From the NCBI GenBank assembly GCA_018335615.1, contig JAGXRS010000463.1, forward strand, positions 1 to 42,705: a stretch of DNA of 42,705 nt, written 5' to 3'. Source of the DNA: Hydrogenophaga sp. (GTDB lineage Bacteria > Pseudomonadota > Gammaproteobacteria > Burkholderiales > Burkholderiaceae_C). The notes under the pieces are model-generated. The model did not search any database. It had not been told where the DNA came from and worked only from the letters and a program-made list of their open reading frames with translations. The position numbers and the translations under genes were made by a program. Below, one piece after another: positions 1-9,248 of the stretch; positions within the stretch are counted from its first letter, which is position 1; each line of letters opens with the position of its first letter.

Positions 1-237
1 CTGGATGAGATCGCCGAGCTGCTGCGGCTGGAGGATGGCACCCATTGCGAGGAAGCCAGCAGTCTGGCCGAGCACAAGCTCAAGGACGTGCGCGAGAAAA
101 TGGCTGACCTGGCGCGCATGGAGGCCGTGCTGTCTGAGTTGGTGTGCGCCTGCCATGCGCGAAGGGGGAACGTTTCCTGCCCGCTGATCGCGTCACTACA
201 GGGTGGAGCAAGCTTGGCAGGTTCGGCTATGCCTTAG
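1..237 (+). CDS. merR: MerR mercury-responsive regulator, 3' part (truncated by window edge)
   Basis: Frame 1 reads [78 protein letters not shown], with the Hg-binding Cys residues. Matches the Tn501-type MerR C-terminus as recalled. Not in the supplied ORF track. Confidence 0.95.
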
Positions 238-270
238 CGTGCTTTATTTTCCGTTTTCTGAGACGACCCC
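233..270 (-). mobile_element. 38-bp terminal inverted repeat (mer end) of Tn21-family transposon
   Basis: Reverse complement is GGGGTCGTCTCAGAAAACGGAAAATAAAGCACGCTAAG; followed by TGCCT (271-275). Confidence 0.95.
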
Positions 271-272
271 TG

Positions 273-292
273 CCTCGCCGGAAGTGGCGATG
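273..292. repeat. 20-bp palindromic IncP-1beta repeat (last unit of the oriV-trfA array, separated from it by the transposon)
   Basis: CCTCGCCGGAAGTGGCGATG followed by CTCGAG. Confidence 0.8.
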
Positions 293-298
293 CTCGAG

Positions 299-327
299 AA
301 AAAAAGCCGCCTCGATCTCGGGCGGCT
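299..327 (-). terminator. Rho-independent terminator downstream of trfA
   Basis: A-tract then GCCGCCTC...GGGCGGC stem; gives hairpin plus U-tract on the minus strand. Confidence 0.7.
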
Positions 328-349
328 CCAGGGGAGGGCAGGGGGGCGA

Positions 350-1570
350 TCACCGCTTGCAATGCACCAGGTCGTCGTTCACCCACGCACTTTCGACCAG
401 GCCGTTTTCGCGCAGCTCGTCGCACGCTTCGCCTACCTGCTCGCGCCACTTCTTCGGCCGGGTGGAATCCGAGCCGCACATCAGCCGGAACGTCTCCAGC
501 TTGAGCGGGTACGGCTCCTTGTGGGTGGCGAAGTAGTCGAACATGCGCCGCGCGGTGGGCGACAGCTTGCGGTACTTCTCCCACACGAATTTCGTGTAGT
601 GGTCGCCGGCGAACAGCACCACGATTTCGGCGTCGATCTCGACCTGGCAGCGCGACGTGCGCTTGCCGCGATCCAGGACGCGGAAGCGCCGGATCAGCGA
701 CACCGATTCGAGCCGGCCGATGCGTTGGGATGAGAACTGCATGGCCGACGCCTGGAGCCGCGTCAGGCATTCCTCGGCCCTTGTGTAGTACCGACCGTTG
801 ATTGACCAGTCCAAGTCCTGGCAAAGCTCGTAGAACGTGAAGGAAACCGGCTCTCCGAGCGCGGTGCGCTTCGCGTACTCCAGCACCTGGGCGAATACCA
901 GCTCGTCGTCGTCGGCGCGCAGCTCGATCCCGGTGTAGGTGATCTCCACGTCTTTGTTGACGTGGTAGATCGACTGGCCTTGCAGCGCGGCGCGCGGCAC
1001 CTTCTTGTTGCGGACGGTGAAGATCGCCGACCGCCCGAAGTCGTTGGGCAGTGCCCGCATGTGATCCGGCCAGGGAGCCAGGTCGAACAGCGAGAGCTGC
1101 ATGTCCTTGATCTGCTGCTTCGTGTGCTTGAGCAAGGCCGTCTGCTTGGCCTCGCTGACCTTCTCGGCCAGCTCACCGCCGGCCGTTCGCTTCTTGGTCG
1201 CCATCGCACTACTCCGTTTGTCCTGGGCCAGCGCGCCGATCTGCTCGGCCATCTTGTTCACGGCGGTGCGCGGTTCGGGCGGCAGGCCCATCGTGCGCGC
1301 AAGCTCGGCCGATTCCTGCGCCATGCGCTCGGATCGCTCGACGGCGGCACTTGCCGGCGTCGGTAGCTTCGGCGGCAAAGCCGCCTCGTTGTCGCCGGCC
1401 GTGGCCGGCAGCTCGAAGAGGGAACCGGCGGGGCGGAAGGCCCCGCCGGCGCTGCCCGAGTCCCTGCGAGCGGCGGCGGTACGGGCGGCAAGGTCGGTGG
1501 CGTCGGCTTCGCTAAGCCCGCCCTCGATGAGCTTGCGCCTGTATTCCTGCTCGTTGAACTCGTTCTGCAT
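350..1570 (-). CDS. trfA: Replication initiator TrfA1 (406 aa); internal start for TrfA2 at 1204 (MATKKR, 284 aa)
   Basis: QLSLFD clamp-binding motif, WPDHMRALPNDFGRSAIF, C-terminal DDLVHCKR; downstream of ssb. Confidence 0.97.
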   Translation of the reverse strand: MQNEFNEQEYRRKLIEGGLSEADATDLAARTAAARRDSGSAGGAFRPAGSLFELPATAGDNEAALPPKLPTPASAAVERSERMAQESAELARTMGLPPEPRTAVNKMAEQIGALAQDKRSSAMATKKRTAGGELAEKVSEAKQTALLKHTKQQIKDMQLSLFDLAPWPDHMRALPNDFGRSAIFTVRNKKVPRAALQGQSIYHVNKDVEITYTGIELRADDDELVFAQVLEYAKRTALGEPVSFTFYELCQDLDWSINGRYYTRAEECLTRLQASAMQFSSQRIGRLESVSLIRRFRVLDRGKRTSRCQVEIDAEIVVLFAGDHYTKFVWEKYRKLSPTARRMFDYFATHKEPYPLKLETFRLMCGSDSTRPKKWREQVGEACDELRENGLVESAWVNDDLVHCKR

Positions 1571-1616
1571 CTAATCTCCCTCCTAGCATACTGCCCGGCC
1601 GTGGCCGGGCCTGGCC

Positions 1617-1958
1617 TTACTGGCCGCCGCCTGGCGCTTTGGTGTCCAGGTATTCGATTTCCTCGGCGATGAAATCGAAGCCGTATTCGGTCTTGCCGTC
1701 CTTCTCGTACTTCGTCGGCTCGATGCGGCCCTGGACGAACACCTTGGAGCCTTTGCCCAGGTACTTGCCCGCGTTCTCGGCCAGGCCGCCGAACGACTTG
1801 ATGCGGAAGAAGTCCGTCTGCTCCTGCTTCGCACCGGCTGCGTTGCGCCACACGCGATTGACAGCCAGGTCGAAAACGGCGCGGGCGCTGTTTTCGCTAT
1901 GGCGAACGTCGGTATCGCGGGTAAGATTACCGATAAACTGGAACAGGTTGTGGCTCAT
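1617..1958 (-). CDS. ssb: Single-stranded DNA-binding protein
   Basis: MSHNLFQFIGNLTRD...YLGKGSKVFVQGRI OB-fold; first gene of the trfA operon. Confidence 0.95.
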   Translation of the reverse strand: MSHNLFQFIGNLTRDTDVRHSENSARAVFDLAVNRVWRNAAGAKQEQTDFFRIKSFGGLAENAGKYLGKGSKVFVQGRIEPTKYEKDGKTEYGFDFIAEEIEYLDTKAPGGGQ

Positions 1959-1989
1959 TCGTCATGCTCCTTTCGCTAATGGAGTCGTC

Positions 1990-2035
1990 AGTTTAGCTAA
2001 ACCTGCGTCCGTGGTCAAGAACTTTAGCGGCTAAA
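1990..2035 (-). promoter_or_regulatory. trfA promoter with KorA operator (1991-2002) and KorB operator (2023-2035)
   Basis: Minus-strand TTGACC-17-TAAACT; GTTTAGCTAAAC and TTTAGCGGCTAAA. Confidence 0.9.
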
Positions 2036-2071
2036 ATTTTCTGCCGCCCGCACCGAGAAGGCATACGGGCC

Positions 2072-2434
2072 TTGTACAACTACATCTTCTTCACGAACGT
2101 GCTCCGGCTGCTCGATGAGCGGCACATGACGAAAAAGGAGCTATCGGACAGGTCGGGGGTTTCGATCTCCTTCCTGTCCGATCTCACTACTGGCAAAGCC
2201 AACCCCTCCCTAAAGGTGATGGAGGACATTGCGCAGGCCCTTGAAACTCCCCTGCCGCTCCTGCTTGAATCGACCGACCTGGACAAAGAAGCCCTTGACA
2301 CCCTGGCCGGCGGCAAGGCACCCCGAAGCCTGCCGCCAGGCTTCGAGCGCGTGGCGGCCGTGCTGCCAGAACACCAGGCGTTCATCGTCAAGAAGTGGGG
2401 CGAAGCGACAAGGAAGAAACTTAGAGGGAGTTGA
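2072..2434 (+). CDS. trbA: TrbA transfer-gene repressor (XRE HTH)
   Basis: HTH (SGVSISFLSDL..GKANPSL) and KorA-like C-terminus LPEHQAFIVKKW; TTG start. Confidence 0.93.
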   Translation: MYNYIFFTNVLRLLDERHMTKKELSDRSGVSISFLSDLTTGKANPSLKVMEDIAQALETPLPLLLESTDLDKEALDTLAGGKAPRSLPPGFERVAAVLPEHQAFIVKKWGEATRKKLRGS

Positions 2435-2495
2435 CGCCAGGATGTGAGAAGGGAAGGGAAGCGGCGCGGAACTGAGCCACAAGAGCCAGCCAAGT

Positions 2496-2508
2496 TTTAG
2501 CCGCTAAA
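2496..2508. promoter_or_regulatory. KorB operator upstream of trbB
   Basis: TTTAGCCGCTAAA. Confidence 0.9.
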
Positions 2509-2664
2509 GCCCGCCGGGGTGGCTCAACCCCCGGACAACCCATAACGCAAACGCCACGGGTTCGGCGCGAGGGCGCACGGAGCATGCGCCGCGTTGTCGC
2601 CTCTTTCGCCCCTGCAATCCGCGATGCAACGTCGCGGCCGAAGTCACCCTTGTGCGCTTCGGTG

Positions 2665-2693
2665 TTGCGGTCGAAATTAGTTCGGTATATCGT
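2665..2693 (+). promoter_or_regulatory. trbB promoter with TrbA box
   Basis: TTGCGG-17-TATCGT; CGGTATATC (2683-2691) fits the recalled TrbA consensus CNGTATATC. Confidence 0.65.
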
Positions 2694-2743
2694 ATGAACC
2701 TGTGTAGAATGCGCGAAACGCAACGGCATACAGGGCATACGGA

Positions 2744-3706
2744 ATGACCGACCAGAAACCAGAACACAACAGCATCAAGGAACGGGCGAAGAAGAAGCTC
2801 GAACGCGACATGGGGCCGGAGCTGCTGGCCGCCCTCAACGATCCCAAGACCGTTGAAATCATGCTCAACGCGGACGGCAAGCTCTGGCTCGAACGCCTGG
2901 GCGAGCCGATGAAGTGCATCGGCACGCTGCGCGTCGCGCAGGCGCAAGCCATCATCGAAACCATCGCGGGCTACCACGGCAAGGAAGTCACGCGCTCCAA
3001 GCCGATCCTGGAAGGCGAGCTGCCCCTTGATGGCAGTCGCTTCGCCGGCCAGCTCCCGCCGGTTGTGCCCGCACCCACCTTCGCCATTCGGAAGAAGGCC
3101 GTCGCCATCTTCACGCTCGATCAGTACGTCGAACGCGGAATCATGACCGCGCCGCAGCGCGAGGCATTGATTGCAGCGGTGCGCGCGCACCGGAACATCC
3201 TTGTGATCGGCGGCACCGGCTCGGGCAAGACCACGCTGGTGAACGCGATCATCAACGAGATGGTGATTCAAGACCCGACCGAGCGGGTTTTCATCATCGA
3301 GGACACCGGCGAAATCCAGTGCGCCGCCGAGAACTACGTCCAGTACCACACCAGCATCGACGTGAACATGACGGCGCTGCTGAAAACCACCCTCCGCATG
3401 CGCCCCGACCGAATCCTGGTCGGCGAGGTGCGCGGCCCCGAAGCCCTTGATCTGTTGATGGCCTGGAACACCGGGCACGAAGGAGGTGCTGCAACCCTGC
3501 ACGCAAACAACGCCAAAGCTGGATTGGATCGGCTCGCCATGCTCATCAGCATGCACCCCGATTCCCCGAAACCCATTGAACCGCTTATCGGCGAGGCGGT
3601 TCACGTGGTTGTTCATATCGCCCGCGTCGAAGGCTCGCGGCGCATCCAGGAAATCTTGGAGGTTTCCGGGTTCGCCAACGGCCAGTACATCACCAAAACC
3701 CTCTGA
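2744..3706 (+). CDS. trbB: TrbB VirB11-like ATPase
   Basis: Walker A GGTGSGKT, LRMRPDRILVGEVRG, NTGH. Confidence 0.96.
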   Translation: MTDQKPEHNSIKERAKKKLERDMGPELLAALNDPKTVEIMLNADGKLWLERLGEPMKCIGTLRVAQAQAIIETIAGYHGKEVTRSKPILEGELPLDGSRFAGQLPPVVPAPTFAIRKKAVAIFTLDQYVERGIMTAPQREALIAAVRAHRNILVIGGTGSGKTTLVNAIINEMVIQDPTERVFIIEDTGEIQCAAENYVQYHTSIDVNMTALLKTTLRMRPDRILVGEVRGPEALDLLMAWNTGHEGGAATLHANNAKAGLDRLAMLISMHPDSPKPIEPLIGEAVHVVVHIARVEGSRRIQEILEVSGFANGQYITKTL

Positions 3707-3722
3707 CTAGGAGTTACGACCA

Positions 3723-4187
3723 ATGCAAGCAACCTTCCCGGCATTCCGCCTCAACCGCAACGCCCTGTTCTACATGGGCCTCTTCGCCCTCCTGGCGTTC
3801 TTCCTGCTGGCCCCCCAGCACGCATTCGCCTCCGAGGGCACCGGCGGCTCTCTGCCGTATGAGAGCTGGCTGACCAACCTCCGCAACTCCGTCACCGGCC
3901 CGGTGGCCTTCGCGCTGTCGATCATCGGCATCGTGGTCGCCGGCGGCATCCTGATCTTCGGCGGCGAACTCAACGGCTTCTTCCGCACGTTGATCTTCAT
4001 CGTCCTGGTCATGGCCCTGCTGGTCGGCGCGCAGAACATGATGAGCACGTTCTTCGGCCGTGGCGCGGAAATCGCCGCCCTGACCGATGGCGCGCTGCAC
4101 CAGGTCAAGGTCGCCGCGCTGGACGTGGCCGGCTTCCCCGGCGAAGCCGTCATGCGCTGGGCCGAGCGCGGCCACATCGCGGGGTAA
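3723..4187 (+). CDS. trbC: TrbC pilin precursor
   Basis: Signal peptide, two hydrophobic segments, GRGAEIA processing motif. Confidence 0.93.
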   Translation: MQATFPAFRLNRNALFYMGLFALLAFFLLAPQHAFASEGTGGSLPYESWLTNLRNSVTGPVAFALSIIGIVVAGGILIFGGELNGFFRTLIFIVLVMALLVGAQNMMSTFFGRGAEIAALTDGALHQVKVAALDVAGFPGEAVMRWAERGHIAG

Positions 4188-4190
4188 GTC

Positions 4191-4502
4191 ATGGCTCTGC
4201 GCGCGATCCCCATCCGTAGGGCCGGCAACCGAGAAAACCTGTTCATGGGCGGGGATCGTGAGCTGGTGATGTTCTCGGGCCTGCTGGCCGGCGCGCTGAT
4301 TTTCAGCGCCCAAGAAGTGAGGGCAACGGTGTTCGGCATCGCCTTGTGGTTCGGCGCGCTCTTCGCGCTGCGCCTCATGGCGAAGGCCGATCCGAAGCTG
4401 CGACACGTGTACCTGCGGCACCGCCGGTACAAGCCGTACTACCCGGCTCGCAGCACGCCCTTCCGTGACAACACGCCGAGTCAAGGGAAGCAATACAAAT
4501 GA
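4191..4502 (+). CDS. trbD: TrbD (VirB3-like)
   Basis: MALRAIPIRRAGNRENLFMGGDRELV; synteny. Confidence 0.93.
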   Translation: MALRAIPIRRAGNRENLFMGGDRELVMFSGLLAGALIFSAQEVRATVFGIALWFGALFALRLMAKADPKLRHVYLRHRRYKPYYPARSTPFRDNTPSQGKQYK

Positions 4503-7057
4503 TCGAAGCAATCGCAATTGCCATTGCTGTGCTCGGTGCGGTTCTGTTGCTCATCCTCTTTGCCCGCATCCGGGCTGTCGATGCCGAGCTGAAGCTCAAG
4601 AAGCATCGCGCCAAGGATGCCGGCCTGGCCGATCTGCTCAATTACGCCGCCGTGGTCGATGACGGCGTGATCGTGGGCAAGAACGGCTCCTTTATGGCCG
4701 CCTGGCTGTACAAGGGTGATGACAACGCCAGCAGCACCGAGGAACAGCGGGAAATGGTGTCGTTCCGCATCAACCAGGCCCTGGCGGGCCTGGGGAACGG
4801 CTGGATGGTGCATGTCGATGCTGTGCGTCGGCCTGCGCCGAACTACTCGGAGCGGGGCGTGTCATCGTTCCCCGACTCCGTTTCCTTCGCCATTGACGAG
4901 GAACGCCGGCGCTTGTTCGAGGGCCTGGGCGCGATGTTCGAGGGCTACTTTGTCCTGACCGTCACGTGGTTCCCGCCAGTGCTGGCCCAGCGCAAGTTTG
5001 TCGAACTCATGTTCGATGACGATGCGGTGGCTCCCGACCATACGGCGCGCACTACGGGCCTGATTGCGCAGTTCAAGCGCGAGATCACCAGCCTGGAATC
5101 GCGCCTGTCCTCGGCGGTCAAGATGACGCGCCTGCGCGGCCAAAAAGTCGTGTCGGAAGAGGGCAGGGAAGTCACGCACGATGACTTCCTGAGCTGGTTG
5201 CAGTTCTGCGTGACGGGCCTCCATCACCCGGTCATGCTGCCCAGCAATCCGATGTACCTCGATGCGGTAATCGGCGGGCAAGAGCTGTGGGGCGGCGTCG
5301 TGCCCAAGATCGGGCGCAAGTTCATCCAGGTGGTCGCCATCGAAGGCTTCCCCTTGGAGTCAACGCCTGGGGTGCTCTCGGCCCTGGCCGAGCTGCCCAG
5401 CGAATACCGCTGGTCGAGCCGCTTCATCTTCATGGATCAGCACGAGTCCTTGAAGCACCTGGACAAGTTCCGCAAGAAGTGGAAGCAGAAGATTCGCGGC
5501 TTCTTCGATCAGGTGTTCAACACGAATACCGGCTCGATCAACCAGGACGCGGCCGCGATGGTCGGCGACGCCGAGGCGGCCATCGCCGAGGTCAACAGCG
5601 GCTTGGTGGCGGCCGGCTACTACACCAGCGTAGTCGTGCTGATGGACGAGGATCGGGAGCGCCTGGCGGCCTCCGCGCTCCTGGTCGAGAAGGCCGTCAA
5701 CCGCCTGGCCTTCGCGGCCCGTATCGAGACGATCAACACGCTCGATGCGTACCTGGGCAGCTTGCCCGGCCACGGCGTCGAGAACGTGCGCCGGCCGCTC
5801 ATCAACACGATGAACCTGGCCGACCTGCTGCCGACAAGCTCGATCTGGACGGGCAGCGCCACGGCTCCGTGCCCGATGTACCCGCCGCTGTCGCCGGCGC
5901 TCATGCACTGCGTGACGGTGGGCGCTACGCCGTTCCGCCTGAACCTGCACGTGCGCGACCTGGGCCACACCTTCATGTTCGGCCCGACCGGCGCAGGCAA
6001 ATCGACGCACCTGGGCATCATCGCCGCGCAGCTCCGTCGCTACGCCGGCATGTCGATCTACGCCTTCGACAAGGGCATGTCGATGTACCCACTCGCGGCC
6101 GGCATCCGCGCGGCCACGAAGGGCAAGAGCGGCCTGCATTTCACGGTGGCCGCCGACGATGACCGCCTGGCGTTCTGCCCGCTCCAGTTCCTCGAAACGA
6201 AGGGGGATAGGGCCTGGGCGATGGAGTGGATCGACACCATCCTGGCGTTGAACGGCGTCAACACCACGCCGGCGCAGCGCAACGAGATCGGCAACGCGAT
6301 CATGAGCATGCACGCCAGCGGCGCGCGCACGCTCTCCGAGTTCTCGGTGACGATTCAGGACGAGGCGATCCGCGAGGCCATCAAGCAGTACACGGTGGAC
6401 GGCTCGATGGGCCACCTGCTCGACGCCGAAGAGGACGGCCTGTCGCTGTCCGACTTCACGGTGTTCGAGATCGAAGAGCTGATGAACCTGGGCGAGAAGT
6501 TCGCGCTGCCGGTGCTGCTCTACCTGTTCCGCCGCATCGAGCGCGCACTGAAAGGCCAGCCCTCCGTCATCATCCTGGACGAAGCCTGGTTGATGCTGGG
6601 CCACCCCGCGTTCCGCGCCAAGATCAGGGAATGGCTCAAGGTGCTGCGCAAGGCCAACTGCCTTGTGCTGATGGCGACGCAAAGCCTCTCCGACGCGGCC
6701 AACTCGGGCATCTTGGACGTGATCGTGGAATCGACCGCGACCAAGATTTTCCTGCCTAACGTCTACGCCAGGGATGAGGACACATCGGCGCTCTATCGCC
6801 GTATGGGCCTCAACGCGCGTCAGATCGAAATCCTGGCGACTGCCATTCCGAAGCGTCAGTACTACTACGTCTCGGAGAACGGCCGCCGTCTCTATGACCT
6901 TGCCCTGGGGCCGATGGCCCTGGCCTTCGTCGGTGCGTCCGACAAGGAATCGGTCGCCACCATCAAGAGCCTCGAAGCCAAGTTCGGCCACGAATGGGTG
7001 CATGAGTGGCTGGCCGGCCGTGGGCTGAATCTCAACGACTACCTGGAGGCCGCATGA
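4499..7057 (+). CDS. trbE: TrbE VirB4-like ATPase
   Basis: 852 aa, GPTGAGKST, IILDEAW, ATQS. Confidence 0.96.
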   Translation: MIEAIAIAIAVLGAVLLLILFARIRAVDAELKLKKHRAKDAGLADLLNYAAVVDDGVIVGKNGSFMAAWLYKGDDNASSTEEQREMVSFRINQALAGLGNGWMVHVDAVRRPAPNYSERGVSSFPDSVSFAIDEERRRLFEGLGAMFEGYFVLTVTWFPPVLAQRKFVELMFDDDAVAPDHTARTTGLIAQFKREITSLESRLSSAVKMTRLRGQKVVSEEGREVTHDDFLSWLQFCVTGLHHPVMLPSNPMYLDAVIGGQELWGGVVPKIGRKFIQVVAIEGFPLESTPGVLSALAELPSEYRWSSRFIFMDQHESLKHLDKFRKKWKQKIRGFFDQVFNTNTGSINQDAAAMVGDAEAAIAEVNSGLVAAGYYTSVVVLMDEDRERLAASALLVEKAVNRLAFAARIETINTLDAYLGSLPGHGVENVRRPLINTMNLADLLPTSSIWTGSATAPCPMYPPLSPALMHCVTVGATPFRLNLHVRDLGHTFMFGPTGAGKSTHLGIIAAQLRRYAGMSIYAFDKGMSMYPLAAGIRAATKGKSGLHFTVAADDDRLAFCPLQFLETKGDRAWAMEWIDTILALNGVNTTPAQRNEIGNAIMSMHASGARTLSEFSVTIQDEAIREAIKQYTVDGSMGHLLDAEEDGLSLSDFTVFEIEELMNLGEKFALPVLLYLFRRIERALKGQPSVIILDEAWLMLGHPAFRAKIREWLKVLRKANCLVLMATQSLSDAANSGILDVIVESTATKIFLPNVYARDEDTSALYRRMGLNARQIEILATAIPKRQYYYVSENGRRLYDLALGPMALAFVGASDKESVATIKSLEAKFGHEWVHEWLAGRGLNLNDYLEAA

Positions 7058-7836
7058 GCATCGCCGACACCCTCAAGGGCTTGATCTTCAAGAAGCCCGC
7101 CAACTCCGCCGAGCCGCGCGATCCGCGCCGCTCGAAGGAACCGCTCGCCGGCGGCCGCCGTGCGGGCGAGGCCGAGAACCCCTACCTGGCCGCGCGCCGC
7201 ACCTGGAACGATCACGTGGGCAGCGTCGTCTCGCAGCGCCAAACCTGGCAGGTGATAGGCATCCTGTCGCTGTTGATCGCGCTGGCCGGCGTGGGTGGCG
7301 TGATCCACATCGGCAGCCAGTCGAAGTTCATCCCCTACGTGGTCGAGGTGGACAAGCTGGGCCAGACGGTGGCCGCCGGCCCGGTGCAGGCCGCAGGGAA
7401 GGCCGATCCGCGTGTCATCCACGCCGCCGTTGCGGACTGGATGAGCTGCGCGCGCATGGTGTCGCCTGACGTGGCCTTGCAGCGCAAGTGCGTGTTCAAG
7501 GCGTACTCGATGCTCGCCCCCAACGATCCGGCGACGCCAAAGATGAACGAGTGGTTGAACGGCACGCCCGATTCCAGCCCGTTCAAGCGCGCCGAGAAGG
7601 AAATGGTCAGCGTCGAGATCAAGACCGTCATCCCGCAAACGCCCGACACCTGGCAAGTCGAGTGGGTGGAAACCACGCGCGACCGCCAAGGCACGCTGAA
7701 AGGTCAGCCCGTCACCTGGCGCGCGCTCGTGACTACCTACATCGCCGAGGTCACGCCCAACACCACCGATGAGCAACTGCGGAACAACCCGTTGAGCATC
7801 TACGTGCGTGATTACTCCTGGTCCCGCATCCAATGA
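7054..7836 (+). CDS. trbF: TrbF (VirB8-like)
   Basis: ENPYLAARRTWND, PYVVEVD, NNPLSIYV; ATG overlaps the trbE stop. Confidence 0.92.
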   Translation: MSIADTLKGLIFKKPANSAEPRDPRRSKEPLAGGRRAGEAENPYLAARRTWNDHVGSVVSQRQTWQVIGILSLLIALAGVGGVIHIGSQSKFIPYVVEVDKLGQTVAAGPVQAAGKADPRVIHAAVADWMSCARMVSPDVALQRKCVFKAYSMLAPNDPATPKMNEWLNGTPDSSPFKRAEKEMVSVEIKTVIPQTPDTWQVEWVETTRDRQGTLKGQPVTWRALVTTYIAEVTPNTTDEQLRNNPLSIYVRDYSWSRIQ

Positions 7837-7853
7837 ATTCGAGGTCATCCACC

Positions 7854-8753
7854 ATGAAGAAAACCCTCTCCGCTTTGATCGTGGGCGCTGCTGTGGCGGT
7901 GCCCTCCCTGGCTCTGGCCGCCCCTGGCGACGACATTGCCGACAAGTATTTCAACAAGACCAACCCGACGCTGACCGCTCAAGAGCGCGCGGCGCTCGCC
8001 ATCGCCAAACGGTGGGAAGCGGGGTCGGCGACCGGCATCAAGCCGGTGGCCGGCTCGGGCGGTGCCATCAAGTTCGTGTACGGCGCGCAGCAGCCGAGCA
8101 TCGTTTGCGCGGTGCTCCAGGTGTGCGACGTGGCCTTGCAGCCCGGCGAACAAGTGAACTCGATCAACCTGGGCGACACGGCCAGGTGGACGGTGGAACC
8201 GGCCATCACCGGCAGCGGCGCGACCGAGGTTCAGCACCTCATCATCAAGCCGATGGACGTGGGCCTCGAAACCAGCCTGGTTGTGACCACGAACCGCCGC
8301 AGCTACCACTTCCGCCTGCGCTCGCATCGCACCGAGTACATGCCGCAAGTCTCGTTCACGTACCCCGAGGAAGCGCAAGCCAAGTGGGACGCGATCCAGC
8401 GCCGCGAGAAGCAGGAACGCACCGACAACACCCTGCCGGCGACGGGCGAGTACCTGGGCGATCTCTCGTTCGACTATGAGCTGTCCGGGTCGGCGAGCTG
8501 GAAGCCTGTGCGCGTCTACAACGATGGCCGCAAGACCATCATCGAAATGCCCGGCACGATGCAGCAGACCGAAGCGCCGACGCTCCTGGTCGTGCGCAAA
8601 GAGGGCGGCTTGTTCACCGACGACGAAACGGTGCTGGTCAATTACCGCGTGCAGGGCAATCGCTACATCGTGGACACGGTGTTTGACCGCGCGATCCTGA
8701 TTGCCGGTGTTGGCAGTAGCCAAGACCGCGTGACCATCAGCCGGAGGAAGTGA
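7854..8753 (+). CDS. trbG: TrbG (VirB9-like)
   Basis: Signal peptide MKKTLSAL, DVALQPGE, WKPVRVYNDG; start chosen by GAGG RBS (7833 possible). Confidence 0.92.
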   Translation: MKKTLSALIVGAAVAVPSLALAAPGDDIADKYFNKTNPTLTAQERAALAIAKRWEAGSATGIKPVAGSGGAIKFVYGAQQPSIVCAVLQVCDVALQPGEQVNSINLGDTARWTVEPAITGSGATEVQHLIIKPMDVGLETSLVVTTNRRSYHFRLRSHRTEYMPQVSFTYPEEAQAKWDAIQRREKQERTDNTLPATGEYLGDLSFDYELSGSASWKPVRVYNDGRKTIIEMPGTMQQTEAPTLLVVRKEGGLFTDDETVLVNYRVQGNRYIVDTVFDRAILIAGVGSSQDRVTISRRK

Positions 8754-8755
8754 CC

Positions 8756-9244
8756 ATGCGCAAGATCGTCTCTCTCGCGCTGCTCGCCCTCGCCCTGGGC
8801 CTCGGCGGCTGCGCAACCACCAGCCAGTACGGCAACTTCGTCCAGTCGGCCGCGCTCGATCAGCAGAAGCTCGCCACCGACGCGGTGCAGCAGCTCGCCA
8901 CGCTGTACGCGCCGGCGCGCACGCGCCTGGAGCTGCAACAGCCGACGCCCGATCCGTTCGGCCAGGCGCTCGTCAAGTCGCTGCGCGACAAGGGCTATGC
9001 CCTCCTGGAGTACGCCCCGGCCGGCGCTTCCACGCAGGCCCCGGCCTCGGCGGCATCGCAGGCGAGCGCACCGGCCACCACGGCCGCGTCGGGCGGCCTG
9101 CCGTTGCGCTACGTGCTCGACCAGGCTGGCGACTCGAACCTGTACCGCCTGACCTTGATGGTCGGCAATCAATCCATCACCCGCCCTTACCTGGCGCAAA
9201 ACGGCACGTTCGCGCCGGCCGGGTACTGGGTGCGCAAGGAGTGA
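8756..9244 (+). CDS. trbH: TrbH lipoprotein
   Basis: Lipobox LGGC; synteny. Confidence 0.9.
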   Translation: MRKIVSLALLALALGLGGCATTSQYGNFVQSAALDQQKLATDAVQQLATLYAPARTRLELQQPTPDPFGQALVKSLRDKGYALLEYAPAGASTQAPASAASQASAPATTAASGGLPLRYVLDQAGDSNLYRLTLMVGNQSITRPYLAQNGTFAPAGYWVRKE

Positions 9245-9248
9245 CGCC

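Noticed and set aside
5-536. ORF-track calls 5..187 and 144..536
   Set aside because: The real coding frame is merR (1-237); these calls are off-frame or cross the IR and trfA antisense.
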